Positions 27,562 to 41,230 of a stretch of DNA of 64,000 nucleotides are shown in pieces; within the stretch, counting starts at the first letter, position 1; the number at the start of each line of letters is the position of its first letter. The notes under the pieces were generated by a model. The model saw only the letters and a program-made list of their open reading frames with translations, had not been told where the DNA came from and did not search any database. The DNA lies in NCBI GenBank assembly GCA_951406725.2, contig OX597821.1, positions 620,001 through 684,000 on the forward strand, in the 5' to 3' direction. Source of the DNA: Octopus vulgaris (lineage: Eukaryota). Position numbers and translations under genes: made by a program.

Positions 27562-27836
27562 TCATAAAATCTTTTAGATGTTTTGATATTAAAGAGAAAT
27601 GCTAAAAACAAAACACATTAACAAGTATATTAAAATAATCAAATTATGTTATTATACACACATACAGAGTATGAGTGCACACATACACACACACATGCAC
27701 ACACACACATATGCCCAAAATGGCAGCATGTTCTACACTTGTAAGGTAGACACAAATATATACATACACATACGTGTGTATACAAACATATTGACACAGT
27801 TGTATACACATCATCAAAAGCAGAGGTATGTGTGTG

Positions 27837-27900
<64 letters not shown>

Positions 27901-28519
27901 CATATATATACACATATATATACACACTCACACACACCTACAAGCACATACATACTCAGGCACACAAATACACAAATTGTGAACAAAGGACTACATAGAT
28001 ACACACACACACAGAGTCACATACATACATGTATTAAATATATATGTATATATATACATACACACACACACAACAATAAACACCTAACACTACCGCACAC
28101 AATCGATGTAACTCTACAGTAAAGATTTATTTATTAATTCTAAAATGATATATGATAGAATATAATATATACAAATGTGTGTGTATATGCATTAATATGA
28201 TTTATATATACATGAATATATATTTGTACATACTTGCACACATACTCATAAGAATATATACACACATAATGATACACATAAATTGTGTGCATGTATGTAT
28301 ATACACATACACACTCATATATGTAAACAGGCATATATGCATTCACAGCTATATATATATATATATATATATACAAGGAGCAAATATTCAGGAGAGAATA
28401 TTTATACAGATACTATTATTGTTATTATTGAGGGTAATATAAATAGTTATAATAACAAGAACAATAATATAAGTGGTTGGAGGCCTAAAAAAGCATTATA
28501 TAGCTAAAGGATTAAAATT

Positions 28520-28632
28520 TATATCAATGATAAGGGCATACAAATATGCCTGTCTGCTAGAAATAAGAGACAAACCCTCATTTAAACCACCAATAATAGC
28601 AGGCATATTCGTATGTCCTTATGATTGATATA
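28520..28632. repeat. 33-bp inverted repeat with a 47-bp spacer
   Basis: TATATCAATGATAAGGGCATACAAATATGCCTG (28520-28552) versus CAGGCATATTCGTATGTCCTTATGATTGATATA (28600-28632), 3 mismatches. Confidence 0.85.
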
Positions 28633-28679
28633 CATATACAATACACTTACATATTTCAAACTTTGATATGAGGTATTGT

Positions 28680-29675
<996 letters not shown>

Positions 29676-29723
29676 TAGAAATAGCACATTTCTAAATCTC
29701 TGAGAGAGAGTTATGCATGATAA

Positions 29724-29994
29724 AGCAGTGGCTTTTTGCCTATTTAATGTGGCAGTCCCAGGAAAGGGAAGAATGTTACTGTTATTTAGCTTCTGGTTGG
29801 CTTTAACTTTCCAAACAGGGGAGATAAGCAACTCCACCAAACAGGAGGTGTTTATCTCCCCTATTTGAAAACTTAAGGACAAAGAACAATTGTGTCACGC
29901 AGCCAACTAGAAACGGTGTTTCTTGGGGCTAAATAACAGTAACATTCCTCCCTTTCTTGGGACTGCCACATTAAGTTGGCAACATGCCATTACT
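29724..29994. mobile_element. Palindromic foldback MITE
   Basis: TIRs of about 65 bp (TTAATGTGGCAGTCCCA.GAAAGGGA.GAATGTTACTGTTATTTAGC) and central hairpin GGGGAGATAAGCA/TGTTTATCTCCCC. Confidence 0.8.
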
Positions 29995-30488
29995 ATATAT
30001 ATATATATGTATGTATGTAGTCAACAGATGAGATCCAGAGATGCTCAATATAAGAAAACAATAGTGCTCAAATGATCTGAATGAGGACTCTGAAATTTTT
30101 ACTGAGCACTAGGTCCACAGGGTATTGAGGAATCCAGGGGAGCTGATATGGAGACAATGATGCAAATAAACAAAACTACTTGGGCTTGATATTCTTTTAC
30201 TTGGTTCGGTCATTTGACTGTGGTCATGCTGGAGCATCGCCTTAAAGGGTTATAGTCAAAGAAATCGATCCCAGGATAAGTCTAGTACTTATTCTATTGG
30301 TCTCGTTTGTGTATATATATATTTATGTGTGTATGTATGTATATATAAGTATATAAATGTGTGTATATATATGAATACATATATATAAGTATATATGTAT
30401 ATATGTATACATATATATATAAGTATATATATATATATATATACATATATATAAGTATATATGTATATATGTATACATATATATATAA

Positions 30489-30519
<31 letters not shown>

Positions 30520-30735
30520 ATATATATATATATATATAAGTATATATGTATACATATATATATAAGTATATATGTATACATATATATATAAGTATATATA
30601 TATATATATATAAGAATATATGTATACATATATATATAAGTATATATATATATATATATATAAGAATATATGTATACATATATATATAAGTATATATATA
30701 TATATATAAGAATATATGTATACATATATATATAA

Positions 30736-30935
<200 letters not shown>

Positions 30936-31169
30936 TGCTCACTTAGCCAGCGGGGTGGCATCATTTGAAGGCTAAAACAATGCGAAGCGCATTGTGACCA
31001 GCGACGTGTAACAACATCTGATAGCCTGGTCGGTCACGGTGATATATATACGTATGCATATTTATATATTAAGCCCAAGTATGTTTATTTGTTTATTTAC
31101 ATGATTATCTCTCTCTTCTGTGTGTGTGTACATATATATATATATATGTGTGTGTGCGTGTGTGTATAT

Positions 31170-31203
<34 letters not shown>

Positions 31204-31840
31204 TGACAGAAAGAGAGAGGCAGAAAGAGAGAGACAGAAAGAGAGAGACACACAGTCGTATACACATGTACATACTGAACAATATAATTTAAATATAATA
31301 CATAGATTTCTTTTTCTTTATATGCAAATTATGTTTCAAATAACTTTTTGACTCTTTGATAATTCTAATGTTTCCAATTCAGATTCATTCTACTGATGTC
31401 ATGACTCCTTTTCAATTATTATTATCAAGAAATCAGCAAGAATCTCCAGGATGGCTAACAAAATGCTTAGCTCTACATCTGTGTTCAAATCCCACTAAGG
31501 TTGACATTGCGTTTCATCCTTCTGGGGTTGATTAAATAAATACCAGTTGTGCACTGGGGTCGATGTAATGAACAAGCTCCTCTCCCCTAAAATTTCAGGC
31601 CTTGTGCATTTAGTGGAAAGGGTTATTTATTTATTTATCTATTTAGCGCAGCCAGCTGACAAAATCGTTACAGCATCTGAAAAATTATTTTAAGGTGTGG
31701 CTTCTCACAAGGGAGATGGCTGGGGACTACGTGGGAGAAATTCTGAGCAGTAGCGTAAGCATGACAAATTGAACATTAAACTGGCAGCAGTGATAGAAAC
31801 TGAGACATAAAGAGTGTCTGTGTGTGTGTGTGTGGTATAT

Positions 31841-32106
<266 letters not shown>

Positions 32107-32108
32107 AT

Positions 32109-32143
<35 letters not shown>

Positions 32144-32145
<2 letters not shown>

Positions 32146-32301
32146 AAGTATTAATTTGAAAGAGACAAGTTCCAAGGTCAATGATACTCCTCATCAAAGC
32201 CGACACACGGGGCATATATAAGCCTTCTGTGTTTAGATGTGTTGGCTTTGATGAGGAGTATTATTGACCTTGGAACTTGTCTCTTTCAAATTAATACTTT
32301 A
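32144..32301. repeat. Near-perfect 64-bp inverted repeat next to the Penelope fragment
   Basis: Arms 32144-32207 and 32238-32301 differ at only 2 positions. Confidence 0.92.
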
Positions 32302-32499
32302 ATCTAATTGCTCATTAAATTGAGCCCTACACCATTGTTTCTTGAATTCATTTAGGATTTTCATATTCCTAATTAGCTTTTTACAATTGGTTTGGAACAG
32401 CAGAATGACTTTTGGTCATTTACATCATGGATCAGCAGTTACACATTAAATTGATCATTGTGGTCAAATTTTGACCATCAGTAACAACATGTTAATTTT

Positions 32500-33240
32500 T
32501 TGAGGTGTGTGTGTATTGAGTTTGGTGTTGTATTGTGAAAGAAGTATGACCATAGTTAATCCTCTAGTTTTTTATGGAATTTTATAAATTATATAAATAT
32601 TTTCATCTCATGTTTTCCTTTCTAAATTCATTTTGTGGTGTGTAGTGTAATGCTGTGCACTAACTCCATGTTGCAAGTGCATGGTGAGTCTATGAGAAAG
32701 TGTTGTACTAGTCTGTCCTATGTAACAGTTAGTGTCCTGAAGTTTGCAACTTTTTATTTACAGTCAAATTTATAGATAATGTTGGTTATCCACAGTTTGT
32801 TCTTAGGTTCACATGTTTGCTGTATGTTATTTATGAAGAGGCTTTTGGTTTTGGTGCTTTTGCAGTATATTATTAATTTAAGTTTGTGGACAGGCATGAT
32901 GCATTTGTGTTATGTTTTATGATAAATTTTATATGTTCGATAGTTTTTGTGCGTTTGGTTCCTGTAATAGATTTTATGTGCGGCCTTTGTATTTGTATGA
33001 AGTGTATTCTCTGATACATTTGCTCTATTGTATTTGTGTCTGTATTCTTTTATAGCTTGGTCCACTCGTCTATTAGAATATCTGTTGTTGATTAATGTTT
33101 GCTTAATTCTATGTATATATTTCTCTGGTGCAATATTTGTGGATGAGAATATAAACACTCTTCTGAGGAGGGATTTTTTCACCACCGATATCTTTTAGTT
33201 GTGTGGGCATTCATTATCTCTGTGTATGTATATGCTGATT
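32500..33240 (-). pseudogene. Penelope-like element fragment: RT C-terminus plus GIY-YIG endonuclease
   Basis: Minus-strand peptides NECPHN*KISVVKKSLLRR..IKQTLINNRYS, NIIYKFDC (32760-32783) and YIGQTSTTLSHRLTMH (YIGQT at 32710-32724), with frameshifts and stops. Confidence 0.8.
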
Positions 33241-33813
33241 TGAAGGAGAGTTATCATTCCTGATGAAACTGGAAATGGGTGAAATAGATCTCTGACCCAT
33301 AGAACAAAGCATTCAATTTATATACTCATACATACTTACATGTTAAGAGAGCGAAATATAACCAAACAGAGATACATATAAACAAATACATATAGACTTG
33401 TGTCTGTGTATATGTGTGTGTGTGTGGAGAAAGAGAAACAAACATACATATACACAAACACATAAATATAGTTGTGTATACACACGTACAGAAATATTTA
33501 CATATATGATCATACATACATTTATATATATAGGTACATACATGTATATAAAAATTTCTTTTTGCAACAAATGGTTATCTAACAATCACACAAAACATGA
33601 ACCAACAAGAAGGCAGATAAGAAAAATATGTCAAAATACCAAAGTTAGTTTCTTTTTTTAGCAGTTTTGTCTATTTTATTATAATCTCTTTTTCTTTTTT
33701 GTTTTTACCAAACAAAAACATTATAGTGTTAAACATACAGGCATCAGATTTACATTAGTGGCACATAATACATATCTAATACATCTGCATAAAACACATG
33801 CCATCTGCATTAC

Positions 33814-33863
<50 letters not shown>

Positions 33864-34031
33864 ATATTATCTATATACATTTATATGGATGTTAAATGAT
33901 GATATCTATCAATACATACATATTTTTATATATGTATGGGCACACAGACAAAAATACACATATATGCATATATTAGATACATCTATACACACATATTCAT
34001 AAATATATACATGAATATATGATATATACAT

Positions 34032-34072
<41 letters not shown>

Positions 34073-34790
34073 CGTACATACACACACACATATATACGCA
34101 CACACGTAGATATCTAAGTATGTGTATGTGAGTATGTACATATATATATATACATATGCATATGTGTGTGTGTTTATGTACATTTACACATACTTCAACA
34201 CACACGCATGTATGTATGTATATTTGTATGTATGTATGTATAGTTTAAGCTTTTGTAAAGTGTGGTTTCTTATATCAGTTAACCATGTCAATTCCAGTGC
34301 TTATTTCAGTCTAGTCTTATTTAACTGAAAATTTATCAGTGTTTATTTGTCAGACTTATAAGTCAAAGGATATTGTGAGGCACAATACAAACACCACCAC
34401 ACAGACCCATTCGTAAATATTTGTATATTTTTTCATTGAGAAAATATTGCAAATTTCAGCTGATTGCTTACATATATTGTCATATTCTTACAGAATGTCA
34501 TCAATGTTGCTGAAATAACATTTATTGAAAATAACCGATTTTGAAAATTTAATCCAACTGTTTAATTCTTTAGATTAAGCCTAATATAGTAGAACCCCTT
34601 GTCTAAGAAATTCTATTCATAACCATAACAATCAGGGATTGCATTGTCAAAAGTTATTATTTTCTTCCTTTTTTTCAAGAAAGTAACAATGTAATTAGAG
34701 ACAAATTTGGTTGCTATTTCTTGCAGGTAAAAAAACTATGTAGGGCAGGGGTTCCTAGCCGTTTCACAAGCAAGAACCTATTTTAATTAA

Positions 34791-35012
34791 CTCTTTAGCA
34801 TTTAATCTAGCCATATCTGGCCCAAAGATTCTACTTTTCTAATGTTAAAACTGACCACATTCAACCTCTCACACCTACCCTACAATGTCATTCTAAAAAT
34901 ACACAAACACACCATTGAAATCTTGAAGCTATGAAATAATGTGTGATTAATTCAAAACAAAATGTGAATAAATAAGCAATACATTTGACAAAATAATGTG
35001 AATGCTAAAGGG
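34791..35012. mobile_element. piggyBac-type MITE
   Basis: TTAA-CTCTTTAGCATT ... AATGCTAAAGGG-TTAA. Confidence 0.82.
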
Positions 35013-35367
35013 TTAAATTCATTTTTTTTTTAATGGATCCGAGGGTTTTGAAATATCTGTCTACTTAATGAACCGACATGGAAACTGTTTTCTGAGTTTT
35101 ATTCTCTGTCAAAATATATTTATATAACGTAACTGAGTAAATATCTCACCTTTAAAAATTTTGAATGTTAGTATTAATTTCGTAATACGACCATTATAAG
35201 CTCCACCCCATGTGTTAATTGGGCACCAAATTGTGACTGTTTGTGTTGAGCTGTGGTTTTCAACCATTTTAAAATTATGAACCCTTCTGATTACTATTTT
35301 ACTTGGATGGACCCTCACACCTATTCGATGTCTAAAAGAAATCTTATATATTTTGATTATATATTTT

Positions 35368-35820
35368 GAAGGCACATGACCCAATGGTTAAAGCGTTGGG
35401 CTTACAATCATGAGGTTGTGTGTTCAATTCCAGAACCAGGCTGTGTGTTATGTTCTTGAGCAAGACACTTTATTTCACGTTGCTCCAGTTCACTCAACTG
35501 GCAAAAATGAGTTGCAATGTCACTTGTGCCAAGCTGTATCAGTCATTGCCTTTCCCATGGATAACATCGGTGGCACGGAGAGGGGAAGCTGGTATGCATG
35601 GGTGACTGCTGGTCTTCCATAAACCACCTTGCTTGGACTTGTACCTTGGAGGGTAGCCTTGTATCGGCCTTTTCCTTGGACAACATTAGTGACATGGAGA
35701 GGCGAGGCTGGTATGCATGGGTGACTGCTGGTCTTCCATAAACCACCTTGCTTGGACTTGTACCTTGGAGGGTAACCTTCTAGGTGCAATCTCATGGTCA
35801 TTTATGAACGCAGGGGGTCT
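35368..35820 (+). mobile_element. SINE S3 subfamily with an internal duplication of about 120 bp
   Basis: GCTGGTATGCATGGGTGACTGCTGGTCTTCCATAAACCACC occurs twice; the same duplication is in 57852-58290. Confidence 0.88.
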
Positions 35821-35829
35821 TTTTTTTTA

Positions 35830-36186
35830 TTACCTCCGCCTTAGCGAAGGCAGAGGTATTGTCTTCAGTCGGGTTTGTTTGTGGACAAGATATCTCAAGA
35901 ACTGTTGGATGGATTCAGATGGAACTTTCAGGGATGTTTGGCCTCGAGACTGGAACAAACTGATTAGATTTTGGGACCGATCTGGTACCAGACAAGGATT
36001 TTGGATTATTTTTCCTGCTTTTTACTTAATTTCTGAGAGTGGTTGAGTTCATTTTTTGTATTCTTGTTTGTGAGAGCAATCAAGTTTATTTCAGATATTC
36101 ACATTTTAAAAATCATCTCCGGCTAATCATTGAGAGGACATTGGTGTTGCCTTGGCAGAGGTTTGTGCTCTCTCAGTGCTCTTGTT
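35830..36186 (+). mobile_element. Helentron-type non-autonomous element (HINE-like), complete
   Basis: 5' TTACCTCCGCC..GGCAGAGGTA, subterminal GGCAGAGG, 3' GTGCTCTCTCAGTGC, T-rich flanks. Confidence 0.7.
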
Positions 36187-36202
36187 TTATATATATTACT
36201 AT

Positions 36203-36593
36203 TTACTCTCTTTTACTTGTTTCAGTCATTTGACTGCGGCCATGCTGGAGCACCGCCTTTAGTCAAGCAAATCGACCCTGGGACTTATTCTTTGTAAGCC
36301 CAGTACTTATTCTATCGGACTCTTTTGCCGAACCGCTAAGTGACGGGGACGTAAACACACCAGCATCGGCTGTCAAGCAATGCTAGGGGGACACAGACAC
36401 ATGAACACATACACACACATATATATATACGACAGGCTTCTTTCAGTTTCCGTCTACCAAATCCACTCACAAGGCATTGGTCGGCCCGGGGCTATAGCAG
36501 AAGACACTTGCCCAAGATGCCACGCAGTGGGACTGAACCCGGAACCATGTGGTTGGTTAGCAAGCTACTTACCACACAGCCACTCCTGCGCCT
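36203..36593 (-). mobile_element. SINE S1, full length
   Basis: Complete head to tail. Further copies at 14690-14850, 43925-44112, 46782-47168, 49846-50240, 51895-52283 and 63775-64000. Confidence 0.9.
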
Positions 36594-37465
36594 ATATTAT
36601 TAGGAATGTTTTAAGAAAATTGTTAAAATATTTTGTGTATTAAATAATTATAATCAGTTTATTGACATATATTTCAACAAAACCTTATATGGACACCCCC
36701 CACCCTCAAATGTCACATGACCCTCAAAGGTTTTATGGGCCCCCAAGAATCACATGAACCCTAGTTGGGAACTACTGATATAGAGAATGCATCTAACTGA
36801 GATGGTGAGTGGAAGGCTTAAGTGTAACAATGAATTAGAAGGTGGGAGGCAATTATTATTAGGACAACATAAAAAATATTCAGATATGTGCTTGTCTGGC
36901 AAGTGATATGATCTCCAAGACCATGTATTGGAACTGAAATAATTACAGCACGAAGGACAAATATTGGTCATCTAAAAATGTGCAAAGGCTAAACTTCACT
37001 TAAAGATTTATTATTTGGTGTCAAAATGTTCATTGCACCAACTGCAACTTAATCACTGATGGTTCTAATGCAACTGGTATGAGGCAGAGTCAGTTGAAAT
37101 GGCTGAAGGCTAATAGTGATTGGAGGATAGTTTAACAAGTGTTGTTGCTGTTGCTTACATCTGCGATTCTAAGTCTTTATGCCATGACCATCTTGTGCAT
37201 TTAATGCTGGGTATCTAGGACTGCGTTGTCTTAAAAAGGCAGGGTTTTATGAGGGAGATTTGGGTGCTATTTCTAATAGTAGTGTGTTTCACAAGGTTAA
37301 GGAGAAACAAGAAGGAAAAAAACAGATCTCTCTCTCTCTCTCTCTCTCTCCCTCTATATATATATATATATATATATATAAATATATGTACACACATACA
37401 CACACAGAGAAAAAAATTCAGACACGCTCACACAAACATACATACACACACACACACACACCTGC

Positions 37466-37509
<44 letters not shown>

Positions 37510-38397
37510 ACAGATGCACATACACAAATGGTGAGAAAGAGACAAAAAGAGAATGGTCGGGACAGATGAGAATATTCGGCCTTCTTTAGCAAGGTTCTTT
37601 GTAAGGAAAGCTGTTTTCTTTTTTACTGCCAATGGGGATTTTCAATACATACATTTCGTTAGAAAGAAAGAGTGAAAGGGTTAATTAGATCATTAAAGGA
37701 AAAGAGAGAACATAAAATAGATAGATAGATTGATTGATAGATAGAGAGAGAGAGAAAATATGAAAGAGAGAGAGACAGAGAAAATGTTAAAATTCAATAC
37801 ACCAAGAACAACAGATTCCAGCAGCTATGGTCAAGAACAAGGCACCAAGGAATAACATCAAAACAAAATGCAACAAGCAAGAAAGAGTGGCAGTAGAATT
37901 GGTGTGCCAAGGAACGAGAAAAGCTTCCAACTAATGGCAAAAGGACTATCTCGTACCAATGTTTGAAAACTCAAAGACATACTCACAAAGAAACACACGA
38001 AGATAAAAAAACAAAACAAAAGATTCCTTTGTACACAGATATTGATATATGCTTGTGTAGACATGTACGCACATATGTATGTATGTAAATGTGTATATAT
38101 ACATATGCATATATATATATATATATTTGTATAGGTTTATATCTATACATGTAAACATACATATGCATACATAAATACATGTGCATATATACATATATGT
38201 ATATATACATGTATATATAACTATACAAATATGTATATAGATCTGTGAACATACAACATACATATGTATACATTGATACAAGTAAATATCTCTATTATTC
38301 ACAATTACATGTGTTAATATATATATATAACACAAAAAAGAGACACACACACACGCACGTATATACATATACTTATATATACACACACATACACACA

Positions 38398-38468
<71 letters not shown>

Positions 38469-38964
38469 ATGTGTGTGTTTTACTGAGAAGGAAAAGAAGA
38501 AGAAAAAAATAGAAAGACAGAATTCCACAACAATACCCCAAGCTCACTGACCAAAAAAACCAAGTGTATATATAGATATATAGGAGGCAATGACAGGATA
38601 GAGAAGAGTTAATAGTTCTTTTTTTTTTTGGTTTTAGTTCACAAAGACCAACAACGCTTACCAGATGTGCACAACCTACCTACATGTAGTGAGTTGTGGG
38701 TTGTGGGTTCACTCCCATGCCTAGAAGAAGAATTCAGAAGAAATAAGATAACAACAATAAACTTAATGTCTTGCAAATATACACCCATTGTATATGTTGC
38801 TTTGTTTGTTTCTAACAACAGAAAAAAGGTAAAAAAATAAAAAAACAAAAAACAAAAAATTAAAATATGCCTATATATGTGTTCTGTACGTATGTCTGTA
38901 TACTGAATATGTGCACATATGTGTCTGTGTGCATACAAATATAATGCATATCATCATATATATA

Positions 38965-39700
38965 TGTGTGTTTGTAATAACAGTTTAACTCAGCACCACA
39001 TTACTTAAAGTTTCATGCACATGGAACACATCTACATCATCAGATATTCAGAGCAAGGAACAAGGGAATTTATGGGGAAAAAAAAAGTTTCCAAGAGAGA
39101 GTATTCAAGCCTCCATCAATCAGTCCATGTTACATGACTGTTAGCTATCTTAGAGACATCAGTTTCTTCAGTAAGAAGGTTCATGTATTAAAGTAGACTG
39201 GATATTGATGTTAATCAAGATTCTGCAGGGCATAATATCCTAGTGACACAGTAGGCCCAGTTAACCCACACACAAGGAATTGCTTGTAGAGATTCATGTG
39301 GGTTATATAAACTCATATATTACTTCTCCCACATGGGAACTATTGTTACTGAAATATCACACTTTGCTACAGAATGTTGACTAACCACATGTAGCATCCA
39401 GTGTAAGAACTGACATCATTGAAATCTCACAAATGCTGAGTGTGTCAGCTAATTGACAGCAACATTCTGTCTGCTTTACCACATGGGGCTTCTGTTCAAA
39501 TAACTGGTGTGTTCTAAGATAGCTAAATCGACCATGTTGTCTGAACTGACCAACAGAGGCTGAAATGTGCTCACCTTGAACCCATTTAAAATTTTTTTTG
39601 AATTCTCTTCTCTGACTCAGAATATCTGATGATGTGGACATGTTCTACACACAGGAAACTAAGTTATAAGGAATTGAGTCAAACTGTTGTTAAGTACATA
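38965..39700. mobile_element. Diverged palindrome of about 740 bp with hammerhead-like motifs near both ends
   Basis: Arms align in reverse (AACAGTTT.ACTCA, CATCATCAGATATTC.GAG, TTAGCTATCTTAGA, TAAAG.AGAC.G). CTGATGA..GAAAC motifs at 38998-39047 (-) and 39623-39668 (+). Confidence 0.72.
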
Positions 39701-40584
39701 TTAATCCAACGAAAATCCTTGGTTGCTACTTTCATTTGTTCAGATATATATATATATATATGAAATCATAATTACTTGCATTTGTGAATAATGACTAATG
39801 TTATTATTTTTTCTGAAACAGGGTTAGAAACCAGTTGGTAGTATGAATAGATACATACATACATACATACATATATACATTCTCTTTCTCTCTCTCTCAC
39901 ACACACACATATACACACATACACCCTCTCTCTCATATATATAGAGAGAGAGGGAGAAGGTATATGTGTATATATGTATAGAGAGAGTGTGTGTTTATGT
40001 GTCTATATATATAATATATATAGACACATAAACACACACTCTATACATATATACACATATACCTTCTTCCCCCTCTCTCTCTCTTTGCATATATATATAT
40101 ATATATATACACACATTTTACACACACACATATATGTACGCATATATATATACTTATATATATATATATCTATATATGCATACACTCTCTCTCTCTCTCT
40201 ATACATATATATACATACTTTCTATATATACACATACAGACACTCACACAAACACATTTTGACTCACACATTTTACTGATGTAGATGAAGAACAACTCAA
40301 AATCAAGGGAAAATAGTGATGATTTCCATTGGCAGAAAAACAGTTTCATAAAAATTTGTAAAACAAAAAAAGACATTTTGTGCCATAGTGAAGGGTGAGT
40401 TATAATATTCCAAGAGGATAAACACATCTGCCTTCTTCAAAGAAAATGAATGATACATATATGCATGCGTATGTAAGATTTATATCTACCACACAAGTCA
40501 TCCACTTTTGTCAATGTCCACTAAGGAATACAGGGCAGCATCAGTGAACGTAGTTATCAAAATACTGGTAGGTTTTAAAATCTC

Positions 40585-40635
<51 letters not shown>

Positions 40636-41175
40636 CATCATCGTTATTATATATATACATTTGTGCATATACAATCAGCTATATGTATATATATAATTCT
40701 CAAACATGCACACATATGCACACACACAATTCTTTCACATACATACTCATATATATCTATATATATCTACATGTATACATATACACAGCTATATATATAT
40801 ATATACAGACATTTATATATACTGACACAACACATATATACATACATTTATATATATATATATATATATACAAACACAACACATATGTACATACATTTAT
40901 ATATATTGATAGAAATGGCAAAACGACAAAAGAATGAAAGAGACCTTGATATTATGTAAATGGAGGAATTTATCTGTAAATGTAATATGTGACAATTTTT
41001 TGGTCAAATAATTGTCACGTATTATATTTACACACACATATATATATATACACACACATACACACATTCAACCATCCAACCCATGACAGCATGGAAAGCA
41101 GACATTAAACGATGACAATGATGATGATAATAGCACATACATATTTACATACATTTGTACCCACACAACACACAC

Positions 41176-41230
<55 letters not shown>

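Larger units (their letters stand above)
34746..36777. mobile_element. Possible hAT-type MITE hosting nested insertions
   Basis: Ends CAGGGGTTCCTAGC and GTTGGGAACTACTG; 8-bp flanks ATGTAGGG and ATATAGAG (6/8). Confidence 0.4.

Noticed and set aside
30060-30115. Hairpin TAGTGCTCA/TGAGCACTA enclosing CTGAATGAG...GAAA
   Set aside because: Core has an insertion and stems II and III are not convincing.
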